Assembly (NCBI GenBank): GCA_964187785.1
Contig: OZ076409.1
Span: 59,646,001-59,710,000 of the forward strand
Direction: 5' to 3'
Length of the DNA: 64,000 bases
Origin: Amphiscolops sp. MND2022
Lineage: Eukaryota
Part shown: positions 49,746-62,030 of the stretch, one piece after another
Layout: each line of letters begins with the position of its first letter
How positions within the stretch are numbered: position 1 is the first letter of the stretch
Position numbers and translations under genes: made by a program
Notes under the pieces: model-generated
Databases searched by the model: none
The model's input: the letters and a program-made list of their open reading frames with translations, nothing else
Told to the model about the DNA's origin: nothing

Positions 49746-51130
49746 TGGGACGACGTGGTAGGTACGGGTTGCTCGCTAATCTTATCTGTTGGGATGGTGA
49801 ATTTTCGTTTTCTTTTCCTGGGGTGCTTTGCCGCATTGGCTCTGTCCCAGCAGTTCTCGGTTTTGTGCATTTTACCACACGTATTTGTGTTTTGGTGCGT
49901 CGATTTGGTTTGAACCTTTTGTGTTCGTTTTTGTGATGGCATAGTATCACTCTTTCCGAAGTCGGCGACACTGTTCTTTGTTGTGGCCATATTTGCCACA
50001 GTGGAAACAATAACCCCTTTGCTGTTGTCCTTTTTTGTCGTCCGTCACTACCACGTCCACTGTGTTAAGTGGGACTAGGGTCGTTTCATTAGGCGCACCT
50101 AGTCCGTTTAGTCGCATCAAGATGCAGAACGATGTCATTGTAGGGCTTGTCTTCTAAGTATGCCCTGTTGAGGATCTTTTTGACGTGGTCCGGTATTTTG
50201 GCGTATAGTGCTTTATCAATGAATTTTTGTGCCTCAGATCCAAACGCTTCTTTTGCAGTCTTTTGCAATATTTTCTGGAATTCATGAAGTTTTTGCTTGG
50301 TGGGGTCGAAATGCAGCGCATCCCACTCGCATCTTGCTTTAGCAGAGGACTGAAAATCGCCAAAGCGACGCGTGAAAGCTGTTATGACTTTTTCCAGATG
50401 ATATTTTTTAGTGTCGTCGAGGTTACAGTACGCTTGCAGTGCGTATTCTCGTAACAATGAGTGGAAGTAGTTTAATTTCCGAATCTTTGTGAGATGAGGG
50501 TACATCTTGATGTTATTTCGAAATAGGTCTTCAAAAAGTTCAAAATTTTCGGACTTACCATCGAAAACTGGAAGCGAAGCAGTGAGTGCTTTCGGCATTG
50601 GAAGTAGGTTGGCAGATGGGAATGTCTGCAGTTGGGGCGCGAACAGATTTTTGATGTAGAGGGTTGGTCTTTTTGTTGTTCGCTATGTATACGTTGTTGT
50701 TCCGGTCTTTTTGTGGGTTGATTTGTGGAGTCATTGAGGACTCCTGTCACCATGTTACGACTATTGTTCGGTCTTGTTTTAGAGCTAGTCGCAGTGTATG
50801 ATTTCACGGGTGTGGACGTTCTCGCTACGGAGATGTTTTCTGGATCAGAGTCAGAATCTTGGACATTCAAACAAACAGGCTGTTTTTTATTCAAAGGTGC
50901 TATTAATTTTAGCATTTCCTCTTGGTTCTCAGCGAGTATGTTTGTCAAATCTGACATGATTTCTTTTCTCAGAGACGCTTTTATTTCTTCTAGATTCTCA
51001 GGTTCTACCCTAGGGACGTTACTAGGCCCAGCTATAAGATTCTCAGACGGAGTGTTTTTGGCTATAGAAGCTTCAAAGTCTCCAGAAACTAGCTCAGCTA
51101 CAGCTCTCCTTTTTGACGTCTAGTTGTCAA
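49733..51130 (-). pseudogene. gag: gag of Gypsy B, starting inside the 5' LTR
   Basis: ORF 50472-50957 crosses the LTR edge at 50753; FDGKSENFELFEDLF; CFHCGKYGHNKEQC and CGKMHKTENCW knuckles. Confidence 0.88.
50738..50752 (-). promoter_or_regulatory. Primer-binding site of Gypsy B (TGGTGACAGGAGT)
   Basis: Immediately follows the LTR ...TAACA; same core as in element A. Confidence 0.75.
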
Positions 51131-53226
51131 TTCGTTTTTCAATTAGAAAAGTAAGGTCTTCGGCAAGAGGTGAATTCTTCGAAGAAGTTTTTTGTTTAAC
51201 GTTGAAACAACGGAACAGTTTAAGTTTATTACAACTCGCAAAGTTAACTCATTGAATTTACATGTTTTGTCTAAATATATATACATTCCTAGCAACATTT
51301 GTTCCTCACCTAAAACTTCCTAGGTATCTTAAAAATCAAGTTTGTTCATTACAAAGTGCTTATGAATCAAATCATTTCAGTCCAGCGTCATGAAATCACG
51401 TGTCGAATTTCCTAGTTGCGTTGTTATTCCGTAAACTTTGTTGAAATCATTTTTGTTCAAGCAATTCCATTTCCTGTTTGCTCTTCAGAATTGCGGCAAA
51501 ATAAGAATCTAGTTTACATTTTCATCAGCGTAGGCACGCCGCGGTGATCAATTAGTCAATTTCCAACTTAGGAAGTTGAGATTCGAAGCAAAAGAATGAC
51601 TCTCAAAAATTGTGACGGAGTTGAAACGGAGCAAAGGAAATCAGAGAATATGATTATTTTGATATTAACGAGGATCAAACGATGGTAGAAGGATAATGAT
51701 GGATAGGTAATAATTACACAGATTAAGTAGATACATTTACATCAAACTCAAATTTAGCCTATATGTGGCTTCATCAGAAAAGAGTATGAAAAATACAAAA
51801 CTCGAGGTCCAAATGAGTAGTACAAACTGTAGTAGGCAACTAATTCAACACAACAAAATTTTTTGTCAACGGAAAGTATCCTTAGTCCCAGCACAATTCC
51901 AGATGAACAGAACATTGGTATTATTGCATGATTGAAATTGACTGCATAACAAAATTAAGATATCAAATGCACACTTTCCATTACTAAGATGCTTGTTTGA
52001 GCAATGTTTTAGAGGCAATGGAAGGATAGCAGCTTGGGACTTTGATAACCTTACGTTGCAACTTCGATGTCAATTCTAAAACACTGTTCATGTGTGTGAT
52101 GTAATGTTTGATTGTAGCCATTCTAAAGAAGGTTGTTCGCAATGTAAGGTGGACGTAACTTCAATACCTTTTACCGAAGATACGCTTTAAGGTAGCACTT
52201 TATCAGAAAAGACAATTTCATGTTCTTCTTTACAGTACAGCGCTTTCCTATAAAGAAGTTATCTCTAAAATATCTTAAAAACGTCAATTCAAAAAGAACT
52301 TGTTTTGAAATTCGTTTGCACCGATACCTCATAATTGCGGTTTCACATTCGCTCCGTAGATGCTCCGTACGTATTAAGATTAGTTACAGCTGAGCGGCGG
52401 AATACAATTTTACAGTCCGCTCCGTAGATGCTCCGTACGTACTAAGATTAGTTATAGCTGAGCGGCAGAATACAATTTTACAATCCGCTCCGTAGATGCT
52501 CCGTACGTATTAAGATTAGTTATAGCTGAGTGGCAGTAGCTGGCGGGGAGAAAGCGGAGAGCGTAGGCGAATTCATTCTCTTTCTCTCAGCTAATTGGCG
52601 TTGCTAGGGGCAACCGAGTTTAATTCTATCAGCTTGAGCTCAAATAATTCAGTTAAGAAGCGACGCTATTGGTCCGTAAAAATAGAAACACCCATTACTA
52701 GCTTAGTTGAGTGACGCTGTCATAACGTTGTAAACATTTGCTTAAAATCACTTGATTGAGGTTTTAAGTGGATATTGACAACCACTTTTAATACTGGAAA
52801 AACAATTCCACTGTATTTTGTATGTTCTTTCATTTTAGATCTTATGAACTCCGTTGGGATCTCGGGGTTGAATATTATCTTTGAAGTTTTCATTTTCGTG
52901 TGGAGCAAAGAAGAAAAGGATCCCATTTAGAAAATGTTTCTGTTTTTAGATTGACATCGAAAAATCAGAAGATGAACCGGAAATAAGAAATAGCGTTGCG
53001 CGTGAAAATATTTGACCGGAAGTTTTAGTTAGTCCAAAATCATTTCTGAAAATATTCCGTGACACTTACGTCGCATTTTGCAACTGGAAAATTATCTACG
53101 ATTAACCTAGCTGTACTGTAAGTAGAAACAAGTTGAAGTTTCAATGATACTTGCAGTATCCTCGGCCGCGTCCTCTTCCCATTGCGAAACACCAGTCGCA
53201 ACCACGACCTGGAGCGGGTCGTGACA
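50753..53226 (-). repeat. 5' LTR of Gypsy B (2474 bp)
   Basis: Direct repeat of 28454-30803. Confidence 0.97.
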
Positions 53227-53231
53227 GAAAT

Positions 53232-53340
53232 TTTCACGAAGTACCTGCTAACGCAGAAGCGTGAGAAAAAAACACATTCAAAAAGATACGCATTAAGATA
53301 CAGTCACGCCAATCCACTTGTTTTCTAGGATTCTGATTTT
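53232..53340 (+). repeat. Remainder of the Gypsy C 3' LTR
   Basis: AGAAGCGTGAGAAAA...ATACAGTCACGCCAAT.CACTTGTT matches 23645-23712. Confidence 0.85.
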
Positions 53341-53369
53341 TTTGCTGCTTCCGAACAAAACATTAACAG

Positions 53370-53620
53370 CCGGTGTTTCAATCTATTGTTCCTGTTTCGT
53401 GTACTTATTGGAACTGACCTTTTGGTTGCATATTTATTTTTAAAAATTGTCTTTCCTGCTTTATGAAGTTCAGGAAAAGTTTTTCAACTGAAAAACCGGA
53501 AAATGTAAGAAAGTTTGTGAGATTCTTGCAAGAACATTTGGTATTTTGCAAAACTCTGTTTCGCGATCTTCCCAAGAGTTACGTTGTCTTATGTCAAGAG
53601 TCACTCGGGCGAAACAATAC
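53370..53620 (-). pseudogene. Possible hAT dimerisation-domain relic
   Basis: SW..PNVLARISQTFLHFP..VEKLF..NNRL across frameshifts; weak. Confidence 0.25.
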
Positions 53621-54763
53621 CCGTTTCCTTGATCCACCCAACTCCCAATTGTGGTCCATCGAGGGGCATTTGCAATGTTTGCCTTGCGTGTTATTTGTTC
53701 TGGAGAATTGTCCGCATCGCGCCTTCGGGACACGGGGTGGCGAAATGTGTGCTTAATGCTAGAGATAAATAACAAATCCCTCCGAAATTAATAGCAAGAT
53801 GAGAACAGTAAAAAAATGTTCCTCCAACAATTTTTCAAACTTCGTCAACTGACTTGTTTTGGATAAAATATTGACCACCCTTAACCGGAGGAGCAACGGT
53901 GGCCTCCGGTGGAAATAGTGCCTGCTGATCAAAATTGCCTCCAGCGGTAGTTTGTGCTTTGGCTCGAACGAAAGTTGCGATAAATTTTCAATTTGTGAGA
54001 ATCTTTTGAGAACCTTGCAATAGAAAGAACTTCGTACATACACTATTGGATCAAAAACTAAAGACAGGCAAAATCACCGGCCAAAACTTCAAAAGCGCAT
54101 GCATTTGACAAAACTGTCACACAAAACTCTCGGCGTTTGATCAAAATTACAATATTTTTTGTTTTAAAATCAAATGAAACTTCAACTTCGTAAATCGAAT
54201 TGTATTTTTGGGAATCGGCGAATTTTCTAACTTTATAACGCACTATTGCAAGCACTGATGGTCTGAAGATAAACATTCTCTGATCAGCTTTGTAGCCTTG
54301 ACGCCGTTCTCTAGCTGTTGTATCTAACACTGTTTCTGTTCTTGGTACTTCGAAAACGAACAACGAAAAACCTGCTTTAATTGCGTCAAAACTATTTTGT
54401 CATGGAGTAAGAACTAAAGAACTCGCGTTTTGCAGACATTTTGCGGTGTAAGAGTCTACAGAGAGTGGTATTGGATAAAGTGTAAAATTCAAAAGCAGAG
54501 GTCTGAATCAAACGTCCAAAATATGTTGCTGGCTTGTTGTTACGAACAACTGGTTTCGGGATATTGCATATGCAGTTTCTGAGAATTGCCAGAAGATATA
54601 AAGAACCCGTTTGAGTTTTTGTAAAATCTGTTTGATTTCAAAACCCAAAAAATCTTACTAACTTTGCTCAAACGTTGAGAAATTTTTCAACATCCGACTT
54701 TTGCGTCAATTGAGTATTTGGGTATTTTTTGAAATCGGAAGTTTCTTAGGCTAAATTGAACGT

Positions 54764-55254
54764 TCTAACGGCTGCTTCTCTTTATCTTGCGCTGACGCCT
54801 GACAGCTTGACGCTGACGTATGAACTCCTGGTGATCCGGCTTTACTCAAGGGTGGATCTGTTGAGCTCCGTCAAAAATTCCCCCGCTCTGTATGTTCAGG
54901 CATTCAAACTCTCCAACTGTGATGGTAGCAACTTGTTCGCTCTGATTCTAGCGAAAAGTTGTAATTATATCGAAAGTTAAATAGTCTGGTGACTTGAGAC
55001 TCAACTTGACTATGGCAAATCAGTCGTTGAAAATTTTGCCTAATAATGGTTTATATCTGGTTTGGAATTCTGCATTCAGAATTTACCTGCATATGTGTGC
55101 CAAATTTCATGGCCCTATGGTTAATAGTTGTAGATGAAACCTGTTTGGAGGGATGTTTTCAAAATTTCTGCTAAGTTTTGAGAACTTAAGTTCTTGGTTT
55201 CTTAACCAGCACGTTTGTAATCGTTTTTTTACCTGCAGATGACTGGCGCCAGCA
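54764..55254 (-). repeat. Solo LTR of a related BEL family
   Basis: Starts T(C)TAACGGCTGCTT and ends GATGACTGGCGCCA(G)CA like the BEL LTRs; 55085-55254 aligns to the BEL LTR; flanks AACGT/AATGT fit a TSD with one CpG transition. Confidence 0.8.
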
Positions 55255-55280
55255 AATGTCCTTAGCTATTTTTACCTTAA

Positions 55281-56807
55281 TGTCGCAGGGCTATACATGC
55301 GATATGTCCGACTTGCAACGTTATTGAGGCAGGAAACACCTCATCCGGTTCAGGATACCGGAAGACGTAATGAACTGTGAGTTTTGAAAAAGATACAACA
55401 AACTGTTAAATTTTTACTTTTACAAACATTCGCTTTTGAGATATCTGAAATGTTCATCAATGTTTGGTTAAAGTGCAAAAATGAATTCAATCGTTTGAAA
55501 AGCGGGAGTAAGGATATCGTTGCTCATTTTACACCAAATCACCTTTTTAAACTACACAAACTCATCAGTGAAACAGTACGTTACGTATGTTTATTTGTCC
55601 GTGATATACCTAAAACTGGAGGTTGCTCACAGTATAATTATGGGAAATTTGGTAAACAAGTATGATGTTTGGACTAGAGAACAGCATGACGAACTCACAT
55701 ACACTTGTGCTCTTACAGTATACTGCATTATGCGGATTGTATAGAACAGTGTAGTCGGTGTTTATAATGAAACAGCATATTGATTATTCACACGCTAGTG
55801 CTCGCATATTATGATTCATTATTTGGGTTGTGTAAAACAGCATATTCGGAATTCATCTAGTGAGCAACATCAATTATGAAACACTTGAATTAGACTACTG
55901 CTGTCACGGTGCTATGTTGGACTTTTTAAGTGCTATGATGATGTAATGTATTTATCAATTTTAACTGCTGGCTCTCAAATTTTGACGTTATGATGATAAA
56001 AGTCCAAACAGTGGTCAATTGTTTTGAAATAACACCGAAAAAACTTCGGAAGAAACCCTGAAACAAAATTTGTCCGTTATCATTCACCAGAAAAACTTTC
56101 ACTAATCTGCTGCTAAAATTCGTCAACCTTTTTTATGATTCAGTGCTATTTCACACTTCAACGTCTTCTGCAGATTAGCTCTCTTTGTGAACACTATTTC
56201 CCCCTATTTCATTTTACACTTAATGATTAGAAAATTGTCGCGCCTAAAGTTGCTTTCGACGTGGAAAACTGGAAATAGACGGTCACAAATAGTTGAGTCT
56301 CAGTCTCTAGACAGTTGAGAAAACACTTCAGAAACATGTTACGTACAAGGTAATGCAAATTTATTTAATGTTTCTGAAAATGTTGGGATTCTCTTTGACA
56401 GGATCTTTGGCAGTGAAGTAACTGAACCCTCACAAATAAGCAACGAGATAGAACTTATTTGCCAAAGATTGGCAGAGCAAGACAACACAAAAACGACACT
56501 GATTGAGAAACAGCTGAAGAAAATATTGGGAGATATACCTAAAAAGATTAAACTTAGTGAAAACTACAACGCAACAAGTAGGGAAGAGGGTGCGGAAAAT
56601 ATTACGCTTGGTCCTTCTTAATCAAACTTCTCAGGAGGAAACACGCATCAAATACAGATGTCAATTGAGATAAAAGTCGGGAGATTGCCTTCCAGTCCTT
56701 CGAAAAGAATGAATTAAGACAGCCTTAGCCTCCTTTTGGGGTTGTGAATGAAACTCTTGAAGATATTGTTATAATCAACGAGGACAGACTGGAGGACGAA
56801 TATCACA
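55281..56807 (+). repeat. Probable solo LTR of a third A/B-type Gypsy family
   Basis: Starts TGTCGCAGG like LTR A and ends TATCACA; the 3' part holds a decayed gag-N-like frame (GSEVTEPSQISNEIELICQRLAEQ...INEDRLEDEYH); no clean TSD. Confidence 0.45.
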
Positions 56808-57262
56808 CGTAGTGTATGTTTTCTGGAAATGTTGAGATTCTCTTTGACGGGATCGTTGGCAGTGAATTAAAAGAACCTCACAAATAAGCAACGAGATAGA
56901 ATTTATTTGTCAAAGATTGGCAGTGTAAGACAACACAAAAATGACACTGATTAAGAAACAGCTGAATAAAATGTTGGGAAATACTCCTAAAAAGATTAAA
57001 ATTAGTAAAAACTACAACGCAACAAGTAGGGAAGAGGGTTCGGAAAACATTACGCTTGGTCCTTCTAAATCAAACTTCTCAGGAGAAAACACGCATCAAA
57101 TACTGATGTCGATTAGGATAAAAGTCAGTGCATTGCCTTTCAATCCTTCGAAAAGAATGAATTAAGATAGCTTTAGCGTCTTTTTGGGGTGCGAATGAAA
57201 CTCTTGAAGATACTATTATAATTAACGAGGACAGACCGGAGGACTAATAACACACGTAGAGT
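56370..57262. repeat. Tandem duplication, ~448-bp unit x2
   Basis: GTTT(T)CTG.AAATGTTG.GATTCTCTTTGAC at ~56370 and ~56818; collinear throughout. Confidence 0.9.
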
Positions 57263-57264
57263 AC

Positions 57265-57561
57265 GTTTTGATGAAGATATACCCACATACCTCAATGAAA
57301 CCGAAGCATTTTTGGCAAAAATCAGGTGCAGATTCTTCAGTGGCTTCCCAACTCCTCAGACAATAATGATGTGGAGAACGTGTGGACGGTCCCTAAAAGT
57401 TTTTTGGAAAAGAAAAGTCCCCGAACAAAGGCCGCACTGATTGAAACTATTCAAGAATCACAGCACGAAATTACACTGAAGATGGACGAAACTTGATGAA
57501 TGCAATCCCCAAACGTTTGCAGATGTGTTTCGCTCTCAACGGCGAGTTCGTCCACGTTTAA
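57265..57561 (+). pseudogene. Tc1/mariner transposase C-terminal relic
   Basis: ILQWLPNSSDNNDVENVW (compare WPxxSPDLNPIENxW) ... LMNAIPKRLQMCFALNG. Confidence 0.8.
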
Positions 57562-58497
57562 ACTCAAGCTCTATGGGGTATTCAATTGTGTTTTGATATG
57601 CGAAATATGTCTGAAATATGTTTGTTTTGTCTGCATGAATGAGCGCATTGCTCAAGGACAAAAATTTTAGCTCCTTAACATACTTCCACACGTTACGTTT
57701 TTCATTGCAAAATGCCTCATGAGAGTCAACGAGGAGAGAACTTCACTTTTTTGGGTTTCTGTGAAATTTTTGGTTGTCTTATTGCGGACTAATTTTATTG
57801 TTTTGACTATAATTTCTTATCGTTTCTTTACATGAAATCGCATGGCATCATATAATTTCATGCATAGAATTGCAAGAATTTCATTCCGATCATCACAAAA
57901 ACAAAACGGTTTGCATCCGTGATGCTTACAGGGGTATCCTCTCGTTATAGTCAGTCAGCTCGATTTCATCATTTTAAAATTGACTCAATAAAGGCTGCTA
58001 AATTGGAGAAAAATTTCACTTATTGAAGTGTGAAGAACCAAAAAAATGCTACCCGAAAAAGTTTTCCCTCTGGAAGTGTGATTTTATTGAAGTGGCCTAA
58101 ACGTCTATTCTTTTTCTGGAACACATTTGGGGGACATTTGGAACACAGCTCTCTGTGGAAAACAATTCACCCAGTCATATTATATGCATGATAAAGGTTT
58201 TGACAGTGAGCCGTATGAACTCAAATTGATCATACTCATGCTTTGTTATTGAAAAAGAAATGAGAAAAGAAATCACTTTTGATATTGGGTGTAGCTTTTG
58301 ATTACATCATCATAACAAATGATTTTGTTGCGAAACAGCATATGCTGCCATACGTTCCATGCATAAAAACGCCTGGAAAACGCGGATATCATAGTGCTAT
58401 GAATGGTATCTCATTGAAGCCTGCTGAATTTGGATCCGCGCGGTACGCTTTCTGAAATTGCTGAATTAATGTTTTCGATAGACCCTAAGTTAGTTTG

Positions 58498-59063
58498 AAC
58501 AAACAGGGAACGGCCCAAGTCGGCCCGCTCAAGGTTCAAAAAGTACACTCTTGTTAAAATTTCATCAATTTCATAGTGCGAAATACGACTCGAAAACGAC
58601 TTTTTCCTCAACTGGAGACAACTAAACCTCTCAAAAAACTAAAAAATGAGAAAAAAAATTTCCGAGACTTTTTTTGAGTTTTTTGAAGTCTCCGGTAAGT
58701 CGCATAGTGCCGAAAAATGTAAATGGGGCCAATTTGGGATTTTTTTGAACATCGATTCTGTTGCAAAATTGAAGTGGGGACCCTTTGAAGACATTTAAAT
58801 AATTTGCGAAAAAAAGTCTCACAAAGCCGAAATAGTATGCACAAAAAATTATGGTCAAGGGCCAGACTCGAACTCACGTCCTTGTGCTTCGCAGACCTCA
58901 AAAACTCCTGATTAACCTCTATGCTAAGTGGCAGTAAAAGTTACAAGTTTAGTGTGGCATTTCGTGGAAGTAACAGCTTATAAAGCTTATAAAATCTGTC
59001 ACGTCGTTGATCTTGAAAAATCCAGTGCTATAGTCTGCGTTTTCTACGAAAAGCGCCGACCAA
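58498..59063 (-). mobile_element. HINE-like repeat copy
   Basis: GGGAACGGCCCAAGTCGG head and AAAGCGCCGAC tail; body matches 13313-13826. Confidence 0.75.
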
Positions 59064-60102
59064 TAAAATACGAAGATCTTTGAGATGCAAGATATTATTT
59101 CTGATTTTTCCTCTGGTAGAAAAAGTTCTTATCAGAAATCGAAGTACCGCTAGGAAGTTTAGAAAGATTTTGCACCCATTGATTTTTTCCGTTTTAGGTT
59201 TCATCTCGAAATCCAATGCAGGAAATTGATGAAAGTGACTTTGCTTTGGACTTGGTGGTTGAGAAATCTGAAACAAATTACGAAGTTTCTGGTGGCACCA
59301 GTAAGTTTTTTTGCTTCCCATATGAATGGGATTCATATTTATGGGTCTTTATATTTAACCCATCACAAAACACCTATCACGTGCCGAAGGTTACCTCTGT
59401 TTCCACAGGTTCGTCACTCTTAGCATGCGATGTCTGAAAAAAGAATCCATGAAATTTGATCTACTTTTTTGGAAGATCAAATTGCGGATATTCTGCTCAT
59501 GATTTTCTGAGAAATTACCAATTCAGGTTGTTTTGTGCAAAACATTTTTAGATCAATACGGTAACCCAAGGTTCCGAACAAACCCAAGTCGTCGTCGACA
59601 TCACATATTTCCGTCGAGATTCGCCAAACGGAAGAGTCGAGAACCAAAAAAGAAACGAAGCTCAGTTTCACCAACAAATTCGAGTTCATGCGATTCGCAA
59701 AATGAAGAAACGAGTGTTGGTAAAGAGAGTGTCCGAAAAACAGAGAAAAACACTGTTTCTTCTTTATGCACCATTCTGTAGCCTAGTGAGTAGTGAATGA
59801 AGATTTCGTCACAATATTTCATTTGAATTTGAAACAGGTTTTTTTACTGTCCATATTGATTAATTTTTATAGTCTTGTCCTGAAAGTGAGGAAAGTTTTT
59901 GTAAAGAAAATCAATGGCAGCTTTTTTGAAATCAAAATGTCAACATAGTTTGATAGAAATTGATAGATAATTAGCATTGATCCGAAAAATCGTTTCTATT
60001 TGGATAGAAACAACTTTTCTGATTGATGCGATTTATCTATCAAATTTGGCATGTTTCGTAATTGGCCAAAAAGTATTAACATGGGTGGATCATGCTTTAC
60101 AA

Positions 60103-60670
60103 CCCTAAATGGACCATGGTACGATTTCGTACCAGTTATATTCTGCGAAGTTCTAAATGCACCAGCTGAACGCATGGTAAAGAAAACTCTTGAATAAGAA
60201 TTAGATTTTCAGACACTTTTACATAGCATTGCACGCCATTTCACGAAATATTGACATGATGTCTCCGGAGTTATGAAAACGGGTCCAAAAAATCAGAAAA
60301 AAATTGAGCGCAGATTTTCCGTTTTTCTTGTTTTCTTTTCTGGCCCTTTTATTCCACTGGTATCAAGATTGGGTCAAACTGACCCTAGCATGTGTTGAAA
60401 CATGACGAAATGCAATCAGAGACACGACGCGTGCAAAGTTTTGGCGCAAAGTCTGGAGCCAGTGCGGCGAAGCCACACTCCAGCGGAGGAGTTCGCGCAA
60501 AAAATTTTGCACACCCAGCAGTTCAAAAATCAAACTGAATGCCCTGATTATCCTCTTTCGAACGCTCTATAAATCGTTTGTCGGACTTGAATAGTTTAGG
60601 AGATATTACGGTTTAAAGTTTGAGCAACCGGTTTTTGGATGAATCTTAAATTTTCCTGGTCCATTTAGGG
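60103..60670. mobile_element. piggyBac-like MITE
   Basis: 14-bp TIR CCCTAAATGGACCA/TGGTCCATTTAGGG; TTAA on the right, ACAA on the left; no coding capacity. Confidence 0.65.
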
Positions 60671-62030
60671 TTAACAGACGAAAAATTACGTTTTTCATAT
60701 ACAAATGTATATAAATTCAATTTCAAAAATTAGTTTTCGCAACCATAGTTCTAACAGTTTCTCTTGACTACCACGACAAGATCTTGCCAAATTCTTACTG
60801 CATTTCGGCTGCCATGAAACAAATTGCAATATTCTTACTAAGATCTTACTAAGATGTCTCAATATTACAAGATCGAACTTAACCAAGATGAAAAATTTCC
60901 AAATTTTACCAAAATTCAAAATTTCAATTCAAGTTCAAAAAACAGCTACACTTTCAACAAATAGTTCCATTGCCGTGTCTTTTAGCTCTTTTTTAGCACA
61001 GACATTGATTTCTTGTAAAAAAAACGAAATCGCTGGAATAAGATCGTGCTGGTTCTAGATCTGTGGTTTCATCTTTTCTTCCGGTGTTTTAGATCTTATT
61101 CTATTGATTTTTTGATTTTTAGTGATTTTAAATCTTATTCTGGCGGGCGGTGTTAGATCTTATTTACTGATACTCAAACATTATTTTAGTGGTTCTTGAT
61201 ATTTTCCGAGTGTATGTAAAGATTACCTCTTAATCGAGTACTTTTATAGTCTTGAGTGAGTTTTAGATTATTTTTTAATTCATCATTCGTGACATTTATA
61301 TTAATTTTTTTTCTGATGCTGCTTTTTTTCGATATCAAGCAATTCGTAGCAGGGTTTTTTGGAATCTTTGTAATAAGACCTAATAAGATTATTCTTGCGG
61401 TCTGAGGATTCTTGCTTCTTAGTAAGTTTTTTCTTGGAAACATGTCTTGATAAGATCTTACCATGGCAAAATGTGTGCCATTGCAAGCTCTTAACCAATA
61501 TTGTCCTGAGATCTTCCTGAGATAACCATAATAACCATTAGGGGGGGTCAACCCTGATTAGCATGATATTTGTCTGTACGCAAGTGTATTTTTCGTAGTG
61601 ATTCGAACCCACCTACCTCTACTACTGAACCGTGCATTTCAACCACTAGGGTCCAGTGGACGGACTTTCAGACTGAACTGCTTCTCTCAGTAATTTAGGG
61701 CAAAAGTTCACAGTTGTTCATGGCAGAAACTGGTGGATATTTTAATAGAACCCCACTGAAACTATTTTTTTTCATGTTCTCAGAAAAACTCTCAAAAATC
61801 AATAAAAATTGAATTACCACGACCCAATAAAATTTAAAAATTGTAAAAGCTCATCGATGATTTTTTGCCGTGAAGTAAAGACTGTTATGAATATAACTTA
61901 CAAATTTGAATTTACATATTTTTTGGAGAAATTCTGCATTACAATTATACTGTATCTAAGCCTTGCAAACCGGTTATCTACTTTATCAAAACCCGTCTTT
62001 GAATAATCAATGTCGATCAATGTCCCTCAA

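Larger units (their letters stand above)
28454..53226 (-). mobile_element. Full-length Ty3/Gypsy element B (~16.3 kb without the nested BEL)
   Basis: Two LTRs TGTTACGA...TCGTGACA; 5-bp TSD GAAAT (28449-28453 and 53227-53231); PBS; gag-pol. Confidence 0.97.

Noticed and set aside
59199..59781. Possible two-exon plus-strand gene fragment
   Set aside because: Splice-like sites exist, but frames contain stops and no recognisable motif
60700..61550. AAGATCTT-rich region as a MITE
   Set aside because: The recurrent motif is visible, but matching termini and a TSD could not be defined
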